From Lama guanicoe (taxonomy: Eukaryota): 64,000 nt of DNA. The position numbers and the translations under genes are program-made. Below are positions 1 to 11,899 of this stretch, in pieces. Location: the NCBI GenBank assembly GCA_013239625.1, contig MU054338.1, positions 1,924,001-1,988,000 on the forward strand, written 5' to 3'. The number at the start of each line of letters is the position of its first letter. Position 1 is the first letter of the stretch. The notes beneath the pieces are model-generated. The model saw only the letters and a program-made list of their open reading frames with translations, did not search any database and had not been told where the DNA came from.

Positions 1-341
1 GAGGGAGAGCTCACCCTGGGCGCGCCCCCTGCCTCCATGCCCCCTGGCACCTCCTCAGGAGGGTTTGGTTAGGATCCTGGGGCTTGGTTCATTCGCTCAG
101 CACAAGGGAAGCTTGGGTGTGGGGGTCTCTCATGGAGGAGGACGGAGGGGATGGAGCAGAGCCCCCAAGAGGTGCCCCATGGCCTCAGTTTACTCCTCTG
201 TGCAGCGCGGGGAGAGCCAGAGACCAGAGACCAGGAGGCAGCCTCACCTCCTTCCCAGCTGTTGCCCCACAGGGCCAATCAGCCTCTCAGGTTTGTCCGT
301 CCCACTACCCCACCCCCAGTCCGCGTATGCCCCCGACTCAC

Positions 342-449
342 ATAAGGTCCTGACAGGTCCTTCTCCTCAGCTCTCTGCTTTCCACTGCCCCCGGGGCCAC
401 TGGGTCGCTCCTCTTCCACCACACTCTCTGGGGGTGAGGGGGATGCACT
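342..449 (-). CDS. TLE2: TLE2 coding exon 9 (108 nt), [36 protein letters not shown]; gene continues beyond the left edge
   Basis: CAG acceptor at 450-452, GTGAGT donor from 341; peptide matches the TLE2 region following the GP domain; phase 0/0. Confidence 0.95.
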
Positions 450-920
450 CTGCAGAGACACAGGGGCCAGGCAGGGGAAAGGGTCGGAACCCTGGGCCCC
501 CAGACCGTGTCCTGGCCTGGCCCAAACCGAGGGTCCCCATCACCATTATTAGGATCTGTGCCTCAAGCTTCCCATCTGGGAAATGGGACCTTCCCACGGC
601 AGACTCGCTGTGGTTGCAACAACCACAATTCTCCCCACAGACATCACCTCCGTTCCCTGGGGGTCACCAGTGCGAGCTGAGATGAGCTCTGACTGGAATA
701 CGCGTTAGGATCTTGGAGACTTGGGACCATGAAAAGGATGGAAGAGATCCCATGAAGAGTTTTTTATGCTGATTACAGGTTGAAATGTTTTACATACATT
801 CTGTTAAGTAAAATAACGCTATTGAAATTCATTTCACCCACTTAACTTTTTTACTGTGGCTACTAGAAAAATTTCAGTGATGTTTACACAAAGTGAAACG
901 TGATTGAAACTGCATAGAAA

Positions 921-946
921 CACACACACACACACACACACACACA
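921..946 (+). repeat. (CA)13 microsatellite
   Basis: Direct read. Confidence 0.95.
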
Positions 947-1484
947 AGTGCACGTGAAACCCTGAAGTGGGAATAAACTCTGTGGGTTGCACCCAGGTTG
1001 GTTTCCTGGCTTGATACTGCACTTTAGTTTCGCAAGATGTTATCACTGGGGGAAGCTGGGTGAGGGGTGCATGGGACCCCCCCCATACATTTCTTGGCAA
1101 CCTTCTGTGAATCTGTAATGACTCCAAAATAAAAACAATTTCAAAAAAAATCCCTACAGGGCTCACGTGATATTTCTATTGGGCAGTGCTCTCGTCAATA
1201 ACATGGAGTGGAGGAGGGATAAATTAATGGATGGATGGACAGGATGCTACCCAGGCATGTATTCATTCATACAATTGCAAAAATCGCTCAAGAAAGAAAA
1301 TTTTAAATAAATAAAACTCTAGTATGCTGAGCACCCCCCTCCCCCACAAAAGGCTGCAGGCAGCACAATGTGAAAGCAGGGGTGGGGGTCTCCCCGTGAG
1401 CTCAGAAGCCGCTTCAGCCACAGTGGGGTGTCTACAAGGCAAGTGCGAGACAAGAGGGTAAGTCCCCAGGGCCCCACAACTTAC

Positions 1485-1504
1485 CCTGCTCGGGGCTCTC
1501 TCCA
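1485..1504 (-). CDS. TLE2: TLE2 coding exon 8, 20-nt microexon (V)ERAPSR
   Basis: CAG acceptor 1505-1507, GTAAGT donor from 1484; restores frame between the phase-1 end of exon 7 and phase-0 exon 9; matches TLE2 ...EGSRVERAPSRSASP... Confidence 0.93.
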
Positions 1505-1830
1505 CTGGCGTGGGGGTGACGTCAAGAGAGAGACGGGAAGGAAAGAGGCATTTGTATTGCATGGTGCCACAGCATAGCCCCCTTCAGGGCATAAAGCTCC
1601 CTTCCCAGCTCAGAACCCCCGCTTTTCCTCCCAGTGCCCTTGCAAGGAGTGGACCATCCCTTCCTTGCACCATTCAGATAGATGCCCAGAGATGGGTGAT
1701 AATTTGCCCAAGGACACACAGCCCACTGGGAGCCTGTGGCCCCCTCCCTCCCTCACACTGAGATGAGTTGGGTGGCCCTCTCTGGGCAGCCCTCTTCCCC
1801 AGCCACTGCTGCCCAGTGTCGCCCACTCAC

Positions 1831-2014
1831 CTCTGGACCCTTCGGCCTCCACGCCTGCCCGGTCCTCCTTGGTGACCGCGGCCAGCTGAGCCTGGGCAGC
1901 CAGGGCTCCGGACAGGGCCAGCAGCCCCGTGGCACTGCCGCCCACCAGCCCCGCCGGGCGAGGGGTGAGGGGCACAGGGGGGGTGTGGTGGGACAGTGGC
2001 TGGAGCTGCTGCTG
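1831..2014 (-). CDS. TLE2: TLE2 coding exon 7 (GP domain), [26 protein letters not shown]...EAEGSR; acceptor may be 2014, 2011 or 2008 (tandem CAG)
   Basis: Pyrimidine tract then CAGCAGCAGCAG (2006-2017), GTGAGT donor from 1830; peptide in ORF 1610..1975. Confidence 0.93.
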
Positions 2015-2208
2015 CTGGAGAGGAGGGGGGTGGGCCAGGGGCAGATGGGGGCCCCCAGCAATGTCCCCCCCAGAGGCTGTAGCGAGCGGGACAGGGTCCA
2101 GGCAGAGGGGGTGCCCTCAGGTCTCCAGGGTGGCCAGAGCCCAGGCCAGCCACCCACCTGGCACGCCCAGCGTCACCACCCACGGCGGGGTAGGGCCGGA
2201 AGACTCAC

Positions 2209-2283
2209 CCCGATGAGGCTGTTCAGCTCCCCCACGGTCACCTGCTTGGCCCGCTCCACGGCCTGCAGCACCTGCTGTTGGTG
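2209..2283 (-). CDS. TLE2: TLE2 coding exon 6 (75 nt), [25 protein letters not shown]
   Basis: CAG acceptor, GTGAGT donor; Groucho Q-domain peptide. Confidence 0.96.
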
Positions 2284-2486
2284 CTGGGGGCGGGGGCGGG
2301 GGGACGGGCGCTCAGGGGAGCCCCTTGTCTGCTTGGCGCCCCCACCTCCGGGCCACTGCCCCGCTCCTCTCCCACCAGCGCTCACTATTTCTATTTTCTG
2401 TCTCCCCTCCCTTTTAAAATCATGAAACAAACACATAGACAAAGAAACAAAGCATTCAAGTGCAGTTAAAACCGATCATTACAAAT

Positions 2487-2665
2487 CAGGGTCCACCCCC
2501 ACCCGGCACTGCTGACATGGGGTGGGCTCCTCCCCCGTAGGGGGCCGTCCGGGGGGGGGGGGAGCCAGGCACCGTGCCCCTGTGAGTCCTAACGACCACA
2601 AATGTTCCCAACGTCACCCAGTGTCCCCTGGGAGCAGAGTCACCACCCCAGGAAAGAACCACAGT
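2487..2665 (-). mobile_element. MER20 (hAT-Charlie) copy
   Basis: Minus strand GTGGTTCTT..TGGGGTGGTGACTCTGCTCCCAGGGGACACTGGG..GACATTTGTGGTCGT resembles MER20. Confidence 0.7.
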
Positions 2666-2779
2666 ATAAATCAGTGCCATGTGCCGAAGACCCAGGTCAA
2701 AAAATACAAACTGGCAGCCTCTGGATGCCAGTGCACCCCGCCCTCACCGCACCCTCCTTCCGCCTCCCCCGCCTCCAGG

Positions 2780-2990
2780 GGTAGGATGTCCCCTAGGGCG
2801 CTGCTGGCTGCTGAAGCCACGTGTGGCTACTGAGGACTTGAAATGTGGCTGGTGCAACGGTGCACCGGAATGCTTTGTTTAATTTAAATTAAATCAATAC
2901 AAATTCAAATATAAATTTAACATCCTACATTTAAAAAGAAATATACCTTCAAACGTAAATGGCCACACCGGGCTGGCCGCTCCTGTGTCT
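2780..2990 (+). mobile_element. MER3/MER33-like hAT-Charlie element
   Basis: GCCACGTGTGGCTACTGAGGACTTGAAATGTGGCT followed by an AT-rich core. Confidence 0.65.
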
Positions 2991-3114
2991 GCTCTAAGGC
3001 CCCTGCTGTCCCTGCACTCCCAATGACAGGGGTTTGGGCTGTTCCCACTGAGGATGTGCCGGGATGCTGGCCCGGCCCTCCGGTACGGGGCCACCTGGGA
3101 CAGTGTGTCTAGGC

Positions 3115-3341
3115 CAAGGGTTTGGACATTTTTTCCACAAAGGGCCAGAGATTACGTGTGTTTAGCTTTGCTGGCCAGAGGGTCTCTGTTGAAACTCCTC
3201 AACTCTACCGCTTTCTTGGGAAAGCTGCTGGTGACAATCTGGACATGGATGGGCCTGGCTGTGTGCCAATAAAACTTTATTTACAAAAGCAGGTGGTGGG
3301 CTGGAGATCTGGCCCCGGGGCTGTAGTTTGCTAACTCCTGG
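3115..3341 (+). mobile_element. MER58-like hAT-Charlie element
   Basis: AAAGGGCCAGA...GTGTGCCAATAAAACTTTATTTACAAAAGCAGGTGGTGGGCTGGA...GTAGTTTGC. Confidence 0.75.
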
Positions 3342-3789
3342 TCTAGAAAGATGGAATTTGCCAGGGCACGCATGTGTCTTCATTTACTCCTTTTAAAGCC
3401 TCTGCACCCTATTTCCTGTAGCTTTTGCCTTTGTCTCTCTGGGCCACCTCGTCCCCACCCTGGGCTTCGGACACCATCTCTAAGTCTGAGTCCAGATGGG
3501 ACCTCCCTCCATCCCAACAGCCCAGAAACCCCAGATTCCACGGGGTCCAAACCAAGACGAGTACTTTTTTGGTCCCCAGCACAATGAGGGCCCCCTGCGT
3601 ATCCACCCTGTGGGAGAATCTGTCTGCTTGTCTCTCTGGAGATAGAACATTCCAGACAGAAGCAGGAACAGGGGGTGCAGAGGTCCTGCAGAGTTTGGGG
3701 CATTCTTCTAAGGGCTAACTTTATTTTTCAAGTTTCAAAGAAGTGCTCACACTCTATGGTTTTATCTGTCCTGGCTCCACCTTTTTATA

Positions 3790-4085
3790 TTATTGTGGTT
3801 ACAAATACACAAGTTACCCTTTTAACCATTTCTAAGTGCACCGCTCAGTGGCATTTAGCACATTCACACTGTTGTGCAGCCGTCCCCACTATCCATCTCA
3901 GAACTGTCTCGTCTTCCCAAACTGAAACTCTGCCCCCATGAAACACTCATGCCCCTTCCCCTCCCCCAGGCACTGGACTCACCATCTACTTCCTGTCTCT
4001 GTAAATCTGAGTCCTCTGGGGACCTCATGTGAGTGGAATCACAGTATTTGTCCTTTCCGGGCTGGCTTATTTCACTCAGCATCTT
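3790..4085 (-). mobile_element. L1M (L1MB-like) 3' end fragment
   Basis: CAGTGGCATTTAGCACATTCACACTGTTGTGCAGCC...GTGGAATCACAGTATTTGTCC typical of antisense L1M 3' UTR. Confidence 0.75.
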
Positions 4086-4406
4086 GTAGGCACTGAGTAC
4101 TAAGGACTGACTTTTATTGGATGTTTACTAAGCACCCAGCATCAGATACCACCTGGTAAGTATCAACTCTTCTAAACTTCATGACAGAGGCACAGAGAGG
4201 GCAAGCACTAGCCCACTGCCACACAGCCAGGATTTGGCCCGAGGCAGCCAGGCTGCAGGCTTGAGCCTCCTTCTCCCCCTCAGCCAACACCTTCCTTCAT
4301 CCCTAGAGCCCTGACCCAGCCAGTGCCCAGGCCCCCAGGCCACCCAGCAGAACCAGTGCCTGCAGCATCCAACCAGCTCCCCTTCCCCTCCCCCAAGCCC
4401 ACTCAC

Positions 4407-4469
4407 CTCCTGCGTCAGGAAGGGGATGATCTGAGCACAGATACCACTGAGGCGCTTCACAATCTCAGC
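4407..4469 (-). CDS. TLE2: TLE2 coding exon 5 (63 nt), AEIVKRLSGICAQIIPFLTQE
   Basis: CAG acceptor, GTGAGT donor; Q-domain peptide. Confidence 0.96.
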
Positions 4470-4904
4470 CTGGCAAGAAGAAATCAGGAGGAGGCTTGGA
4501 GGGGGGAGGCTCTCAATCCAGAACCTCGACTCCAGGGCATAACCCTTTGCAAAGCTTGGGGGGGTGGTGGTGGTGGGGCTGTCACCGCAGGTGCAGGTGT
4601 GTGGCATGGGCCTCGGGACAGACTGAGAGCCTGGTGAGGAGGCCCTCCACCTGATGTCCAGAGCAGCCTTGAGCCAGAAGACCAGGACAGGTACATTGCC
4701 TGCCAGACCCGCTTAACAGAGATGCCCAGCTCAGACTGCAACCCCCAGGAGCTTTGAGTTCAGCATAAACAGAGGAAGTTGGGCCTCAGTCCCAGGTTCG
4801 AGCCCTGGCTGGGCCCAGGGCTCTCTGGGGCAAGGGCCCTCTCTGGGTCTCACCTGCGCCTTGGGGCTGTAAGCAGGGGGAGACCCTGTGCACCACACTC
4901 AGGG

Positions 4905-5613
4905 TGTGATGCTGTGATATAAAAGAAACATGTTTGGTCTTTGCCCCAGTTCCTAGCACTGAGCTCCTAAAACTCTAGGGTTTCTGAGTAGCAGGGGCGA
5001 GGGGAGGGAGCACCTTGTATTACTCTCAATAAGCCCCTATCACCCACACCTGAGGTTACTAAGAGGGCTGGAACTTTCAGTCCCATCCCTGACCTCCGGG
5101 GAGGGGAGCGGGGCTAGAGGTTGAGTTAATTGCCAATGGTCAGTGTGAAATCAATAGTGCCTGTGTAATGAAGCTTCCCTAAAAATCCCTAATCAAGTGC
5201 TTCCGAGAGCTTCCGGTGGTGGTGGACACGTGGAGGAGCACACGTGGAGAAGCAGGGAGGCGGCGCCTGCCCCAAACCTCACTCCCTACCTGCCCTCTGT
5301 ATCCCTTCTCTCGGGCTGTTCCTGAGTTATATCCTTTATAATAAAAGAGTAATCCTAAGTAAGAGCTTTCCCGAGTTCTGTGAACCATTCTGGCAAATTA
5401 TCAGCCTGAGGAGTGGGTCATGGGAGCCCTGATTTACAGCCAGTCGGTCAGAAGCCTGGACTTGCGCCTGGCATCTGAAGTGAGGGCAGTCCCCCGGGGC
5501 CGATCTCTGACCCTGTGCCATCTGCGCTGACTCTGGGGAGTGTGTTGGAATCCAGCTGGTGTCAGGTGGAGAAGTGGTTGGTGTGTGGCAAATCCACACA
5601 TCTGGTGTCAGAA
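4905..5613 (+). mobile_element. Solo LTR, MER21-like, in TLE2 intron 4
   Basis: Starts TGTGAT...TTTGGTCTT...GCTCCTAAAAC, internal AATAAA about 5341; resemblance to recalled MER21 consensus. Confidence 0.7.
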
Positions 5614-6664
5614 GGATGGAGGGTAGGATGGAAGCAGCGTGGCTCTACTTGAAGATTTCATCCAGGACCCGGGCTGGGCAGGGGTGCCCCACAGAGGCTG
5701 AACAGAGGGGAAGTCTGTGGGTGGGGAAGGGGGTGTTTTGTCAGCCTGTGCTTCGCCTCTGCCTGAGTTACAGGGCTGCAGTGTGTGTCTGGGTAGGGTG
5801 TGTCTCCCATCCGCTACCAGGAGGGTAGACCCAGGCTCCCAGGGCCGGGGCCCTACCCCATGCCCTCCACCCCACCAGGGGGTCTATTTCATGCACCCAT
5901 GAGACCACACTATGCTCCAGGCAGACCAGCCCCCTCCCACCCACATCAGACCCAGGAGACCCAAATAAGCATGCCAGGGCAGGCACCCCCAAGCACTCCC
6001 AGTCCACCCCCACTTCTTCCCACCCACCAGGAAGCCCTGACCCTAGGCTCTGTCCATCTACTCTAACATCCTGATGGACTGAATCCAAGATTCCATCAAC
6101 CTCAGAATCTCGGGATCCCTCTCATCCCCTTAGAAACCGTCTCGAGGTCAGTCTCAGGATCTGGGGGTTAATCTTGGACAATGGGAATCAGTTTCAGAAC
6201 CTTCAGGTCTAACTCAGAACCTTGCGATCATACTCAGAGGCTGAGGACAGTCTCAGAACCTCAGATCATTATGGTTAATCTCAGAACCTTCAAAACAGTG
6301 ACAGAACCTTGGGGTCCATCTCAGACCCTCAGGAGCCATCTCCAATGTCAGATGGAAAGAGACCACTAAGACTGTCTGTTTGGACCCCTCCTGGGACAGA
6401 AGTCCCTCTTGGCCTGGCCTGGCTGTTCACCTCTGCTACAAGCCTTCCTTGGCCTGGCCCTGGCCCACCACTCGCCTTTCTGCTGGACAAGGTCTCCAGA
6501 AGTCCATTTCATTTCATGAAGCTGAAATCTGGCCCCCTGGTCCCAGAGATTTCAGGTTAAGAACCCTGTTCCCTGGGTCTGGGACTGTCAGAGCACTGGG
6601 TCCAACTCACAGCTTCCAGATGTCCCCCTTCCCCTACTGGACGCCCTTACCCCCACACAGTTAC

Positions 6665-6709
6665 CTGCTTGTGCATTTCAATGTTGAGTCCGTAGGACAT
6701 CTCATAGTA
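6665..6709 (-). CDS. TLE2: TLE2 coding exon 4 (45 nt), YYEMSYGLNIEMHKQ
   Basis: TTTGCAG acceptor, GTAA donor; conserved Groucho motif. Confidence 0.96.
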
Positions 6710-7165
6710 CTGCAAAGGAAGAGTCCAGCAATGTCCACTGTGCCGATGGATGTCTGGCTGGGCTGGGTGACCCTAGGTCTTTCAACAGCTCCCAGGCTTG
6801 GGGGAAGGGTCAGAGCAGGACCCAGAGCCTCCCAGCCCCATGGGGGCCCAGACGGGGAGCTCCAAACAGCAAGCAGAACCCCCTCCACTCTTCCCAGGCC
6901 AGGAAGAGGGGAACAGGTAGGCAGTGCCCAGAGACCCTGGCCCCTTAGGGATGCCGGTCAGGAGAGTGAGCATCCTTGTCTCATTGTTCTTAAGGTCAGG
7001 GAGGGCCCTGGAGAGAGTTTGGAATCCCAACCAGCCCACTTTACAGATGAGAGAAAGTGAGAACCAGAGTGGTCCAGGAGTCAGGATTCACACCCTGGGT
7101 GTTTCCACTCACAGCGCAGCACTCCTCGCCACTACCCCCACCCTGGTCTGATAACCCCTCCTCAC

Positions 7166-7229
7166 CATGACATAATGTCGCTGCATTTCCGTCTTCTCAC
7201 TTGCCAACTTCTCACACTCCAGCTTGAGG
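7166..7229 (-). CDS. TLE2: TLE2 coding exon 3 (64 nt), (S)[21 protein letters not shown]
   Basis: CAG acceptor, GTGAG donor; phase 2/0. Confidence 0.96.
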
Positions 7230-7624
7230 CTGGGAAGGAGAGAGGGCATGGAGATCCCACCCTCCTTGGCCCCCAGCAGAGACACCCACCCTCCGGGGTC
7301 CCCTTCTGGGCCAGTTTCCAAAGTGATGGGATAGATTCTCCCCTTCCCCACTTCCTCACACCTACCGCCCTTCACCCGCTCCCAGTCCCTCCTCACCCCT
7401 TCCCAGGCTCAAAATATCCCAGCACCGGACAGTGCGTTCACATCACCTGCACTTCCTCCTAGAAGTCCTCGCGCGCCCCTGGAGGCCCCTTCCTCCTCCC
7501 AGCACGCTGGAGACCCCGCCCCTTCGCCCCAGCGGCCCCGCCCCCTCCCGGGGCTCCCAGGTGAGCCCCCAGGTGAGCTGCCAGGTCCCCCGGGGCGGGG
7601 CGCCCCCGCCCCGGCTCCCCTCAC

Positions 7625-7722
7625 CTGTGGTACTGAGCCTGAAGAAACTGGAATTCCTCTTTGATACGGTCGCAGATCTCCAAGATCGAGAACTTGAAGG
7701 GCTGGCCGGACTGAAGCGGGGC
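7625..7722 (-). CDS. TLE2: TLE2 coding exon 2 (98 nt), [32 protein letters not shown](S)
   Basis: CAG acceptor, GTGAG donor; translated by hand. Confidence 0.96.
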
Positions 7723-7798
7723 CTGGGGGGGACCCCGGGGTCTGAGTTTCCCGGACGCCCCGCGGCCCCCACCCGCCACAGCCCGGGCCCCCACTCAC

Positions 7799-7822
7799 CG
7801 GGTGCCTTCCCTGGGGGTACAT
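7799..7822 (-). CDS. TLE2: TLE2 coding exon 1 (24 nt coding), MYPQGRHP
   Basis: ATG at 7822 in GGCAGGATGT context (A at -3), GTGAGT donor from 7798. Confidence 0.95.
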
Positions 7823-8899
7823 CCTGCCGATCCGGGAGGCCCCCCCACGCCGCCGGAGCTTGACGATACTGGGGGACCGAGGCGGCGGCGGGGTGGGGGA
7901 GAGGCTGGGGTGGGGGGCTGCCTGGGAAAGAAGGGGGCAGGCGGCGTGGGGCAGGGGACCCTGGAGTCCCCCGCCCCCCGAGTGAGCGCGCGGGGTCGCG
8001 GGGACCGAGGGGCGCCGAGGCCCCCGCCGGGCGGCGATGGGGGCGCGCGGGGGGCGCAGAAGGTCGGGCGAGCCGCGGCCGGTTTCAGAGGCGCGGGCGG
8101 CGGGCCCCGCGCGGAGCCGCCTCCCTCCGGCGGGGCTCGGCCGGGAGCAACCGGGGACCGCGGGGAAACTGAGGCTCGCCTCCTGCCCTGCAAACATCGC
8201 CCCCCCAATTCCCCGAGGGCCCAAGAGAGAAAAGCCCGAAAACAAATACCTAGTGGGCCGCTGTGGGGAGCAGTTTGGTGGGGAGGGGGGCAGCTGGGGG
8301 CCAGAAAAGGCCTTTCTGAGAAAGCGGGCTCAGACTTCAGGATCAGGAAGAAGCAGGGAAACCTGCCGGCAGCCAAAAGGGACCCCGGGGGAGAAACGGA
8401 GCTGGGGGCGGAGCTAGGGGGCAGAGATGGGCCCTCACCCTCTCTGGGCCTATGGAGAGGCGGGAGTTGGAGGGGGGGTAGTGTTAAACGACATGGCACC
8501 TGAACAGCCCTCAGCCTGGCCAGGCACAGAGTAAACTCCCAGAGATGGGAATTGAGGTCCCCTCTGATTGCCACCACCAGCAGACTGGGGTGTCTCTCCT
8601 CTCAGACTATGGGCTCTTCGAAGGCAGAGTTCCCACTGAGATTGGGAACAAATCTCTGCCATCAGACTGAGGTCTCTCTGAGGGCAGGGGCTCCATCTCC
8701 CACCACAGACCACCTCACATTCTCACTTGGGAGGTGGGACCTTCTTATTCCCATTTGCATATAAGAAACTTCAGGGTCATTTGTTAAGTCAATCAACAAA
8801 CACATATTGAGAGCCTACGGGGGGGCCTCTGTTAATACCTGTGCCTGTGACAGAGGTGAGTAAGGAAAAGGGCATACACAAGCCCTCTCAAATTTATGG

Positions 8900-10900
8900 A
8901 GCATCTGTGACATGCCAAGCATCCTTTCAGGCACCAGAAATACAGGGTGGATGGAAGACAGATCCCTGCCTTCTCTGAGTTCAGGGGAACAAGGCCAGAT
9001 CTCAGCTCCGAAATTATGGATTTATGTGTATGTACAAAGAGGAGTTTAGGGGGCAGTCATAGAAATCACAGAGGGAACCTACGTATCTGGGATGTCTGGG
9101 AGAGGCCACTTGGAGGAGGGTAACGTTGGAGGTGAGGCCCGAAGGATAAAGATGGGCAGCCACGGGAAGGGATGGGGAGAGAGACCCTGAGGCCAAAGAC
9201 ATGAGTGCATAGGTGTGTATGTGTTAGAGGGAGCGAATATTCAATGGCTCCCTATTGCCATCAAAACATCATCCAAACTCCTTTGTCTTCCCACAAGGCC
9301 CTGCACAGCCCCCTTCCCAGAGCCCAGCTCCCTTCACTTTCACCCTCACTCTGCTCCAGCCCCACAGGCCTCCTCACTTTCTCCAACTCACCTGGTACAG
9401 TCCTACACCCAGGCCTTTGCACTTACTGTTCCTGTTGTCTGGAATGCCGTGCATTCAGGTCTCAGCTCAAATGTCACCTCCTCACAAAAGCCCTTCCTGG
9501 CCACCCCTTTAAGCAGTGTTCACCCACTCTATCCTGTGATTCTCAAACATGACAAGCTATTCTCTCTTTCTCTGTCCTATCGGAGTTCCTGTGGGTTATT
9601 TTGTTTGTTTGTTTTGACATGATTGTTTCTTCGTGGGTTGTTCCATTTGTTATTCGTTGCCTTCACTAGGCTGTGTCAGGACAGAGCCCACCTTGGTGCC
9701 TGCAGAATGTGGCACACAGTGAGTGCTCAATAAATGAACAGGCAGTGGAAAGAGAAGAAGAAATAGCAGATCCAGCTAAAGCCAGGCACCGCTGGCCACA
9801 CTCCTGCTGTGGGGACTTCTGAGAAACCAGGAGTTCCACAATTAATTCTATGATGCCAAAAGTTTGTCACTCCAAGTTTTGGGGGCAGTCTGTAAGTCCT
9901 AATTCCAAAACCGTCCCAGGAGGTGTTTTACCTCCACTGGGAAGGCACCATCTCTCCTGCCTGGACCACTAGTCAGAGAAATGGCACCCCTTCCTCAATC
10001 TCTGCTTCTTCCCACCATGCATCTGGGCTTCTCTTGTCAAAAGCCCTCCACCTCTTCAAGTTCAATGGCTCTTTCTTGACCCTCTCTCACAGCTCTGCTC
10101 AAAGAGCCTTTCCTCTCCCTGCCCCCACGCCCTCCGACCTGGCAGCCCTCCTTCCTCTCTGAGTGCTGATCTCCTTGCTCCTAGCCTGACCGCCTGAATG
10201 TCACCTTTGCCCACACCTCTGGCTGCCCAGGCTCTGAGCCACTGTGTCCTCTTTGAGGCTTCAGCCATCACATTTGTGAAGATGGCTCTGAGCTCGGGCT
10301 CCACACGTGGTCCCTACCCTGAGACCCAGCCGTGTGGGTACAGCCACCAAATAATTCCCCTGGACATCCCTCAGGCCACTAGATGCACTCTCTTCCCCCA
10401 GACCTGTCCCTCACCCTGACAGGCCCCAGTCCACCCTGATCCCCCAAGACAGAGCATCAGCGTAGACTCTTCTCTCCTCGACACCTGCCATGCAACCCTG
10501 CTCCCCGTCCCCAAGCTGCCTGCCTGCTCCAGCCCTTCATCCTCTCCCATCTGGACCTCAAGCCACCTTCTCCCTCAGAGCAGCTTTCACTCTTGTGGAA
10601 AGAGGGAAAGCCCCCCCCCCACTTAAAACCCTCCCATGGCTCCCTAACGCCCTTGGGACAAAGTCACAGATCTTCCAGCTAGCATCAGATGCCCTGCACC
10701 ACCTGGCCCAGCCCAGCTTCACCTCCCTTCCCTAGTTCAAACACTTTCAGCTCTGGCCACACCAGTCAGATTACCTAATCTGTGTTCCTTCCCACCTCTG
10801 GGCCTTGGTTTCTGTGATTGTCTCTTTCTGGAATTCCCTCCCCCTCCTTTTCTGCCTGGAGAAAATGCATTCTATCAAGGCCCAACCCAAAAGACACCTC
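8900..10900. mobile_element. L2 LINE fragments; further L2 pieces at about 13840-14250, 32870-33210, 52910-53460
   Basis: CAGGCCTTTGCACTTACTGTTCC..CAAATGTCACCTCCTCA and 3' end GGCACACAGTGAGTGCTCAATAAATG. Confidence 0.65.
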
Positions 10901-11296
10901 ATCCGGTCAGCTCCTCCAAAAGGCGAAAGGCATCTCCCTCTCCACAGACCCACACTGAATACAGACTGTCTAAAGTTGGCTATAAGTGGGTATTCATTCC
11001 GTAACCACCTCCTTGTGGCCTTAGCAAGGACCAGACCCAGGTCTTGCCTAGAGGCTCCCAGGGTGAGTGGGAAGGAGCTGAGGACACACTCCAGGCCCAC
11101 ATGGTCAGTGCCAGAACAGAGGGAAAGCCCAGGGCCTGGGGGACCCAGAGCAGCAACACTAGCGCTGCCTGGTGAGTTCAGAGGGGGCTCCCTGGAGGAG
11201 GGGACCTTTACCCACCAGTCTTTAGATCCCTCAGCCAGGCACACTCCACAGAGGAGGGTAAACACAGATTTGTGGATTGCCTGAGAAGCCACAAAA

Positions 11297-11297
<1 letters not shown>

Positions 11298-11344
<47 letters not shown>
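11298..11344 (+). repeat. (CA)~23 microsatellite
   Basis: Direct read. Confidence 0.95.
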
Positions 11345-11347
<3 letters not shown>

Positions 11348-11899
11348 TCTTGGTGTGTATAATCTGCCAGGAAGAAGGCGATTTGCTCTGAGCAGCAGCA
11401 GCCCCAGCTTTGGGAGCAGCTTTCAGAATTTGGGGAGGCTCAGCAGAGAGCAGTCTGTGAGATGGGGAGACCCCTAAGCAGCCCATTACTCGATAATTCG
11501 CTGAAATGCCACATCCGGCCAGAGCAGGAGGCAGGGAAAGGACTGCCAGCCTTGAGTTACAGCCCGGGCAGTCTAGCACAACCTTCTAATTTCACCGGGA
11601 AGGCTTCCCCCAGCTAACTACTTTGCCATCTGGGGCTTCACGCCCCACGCCTTTGGGTCTCTGTTTCCCCATCTGCAAAACCCTCGGAGAAGCTGCAAAA
11701 TGGGGGAAGGGGCTTAGCTTTTGATCTCTCCCCTCCCGCTGTACAGAAAGGCTCAGTCCCGGTTCCTGGCTGGGTTTTTATGATGTGGATGTGGGTTTTT
11801 TTTTTTTTTTTAAAAGGAAAAAGCTGAGAAGCAGCACTGGGACCCAGGATTGCTCAGACCACCTTAAATCAGCCTCGCCGCCCTAGCTACTGTGGAAAT

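Larger units (their letters stand above)
7500..8260. promoter_or_regulatory. CpG island / proximal promoter of TLE2
   Basis: Very high GC and CpG density spanning exons 1-2 and upstream. Confidence 0.85.

Noticed and set aside
7418..7436. REST RE1-like CAGCACC-GGACAGTGC in TLE2 intron 2
   Set aside because: Half-sites abut with no 2-nt spacer and the left half is imperfect; not supportable without ChIP.
7555..7590. Tandem CCAGGTGAGC repeats as antisense splice donors or ZEB E-boxes
   Set aside because: Only two full copies in GC-rich DNA; a short local duplication explains them.
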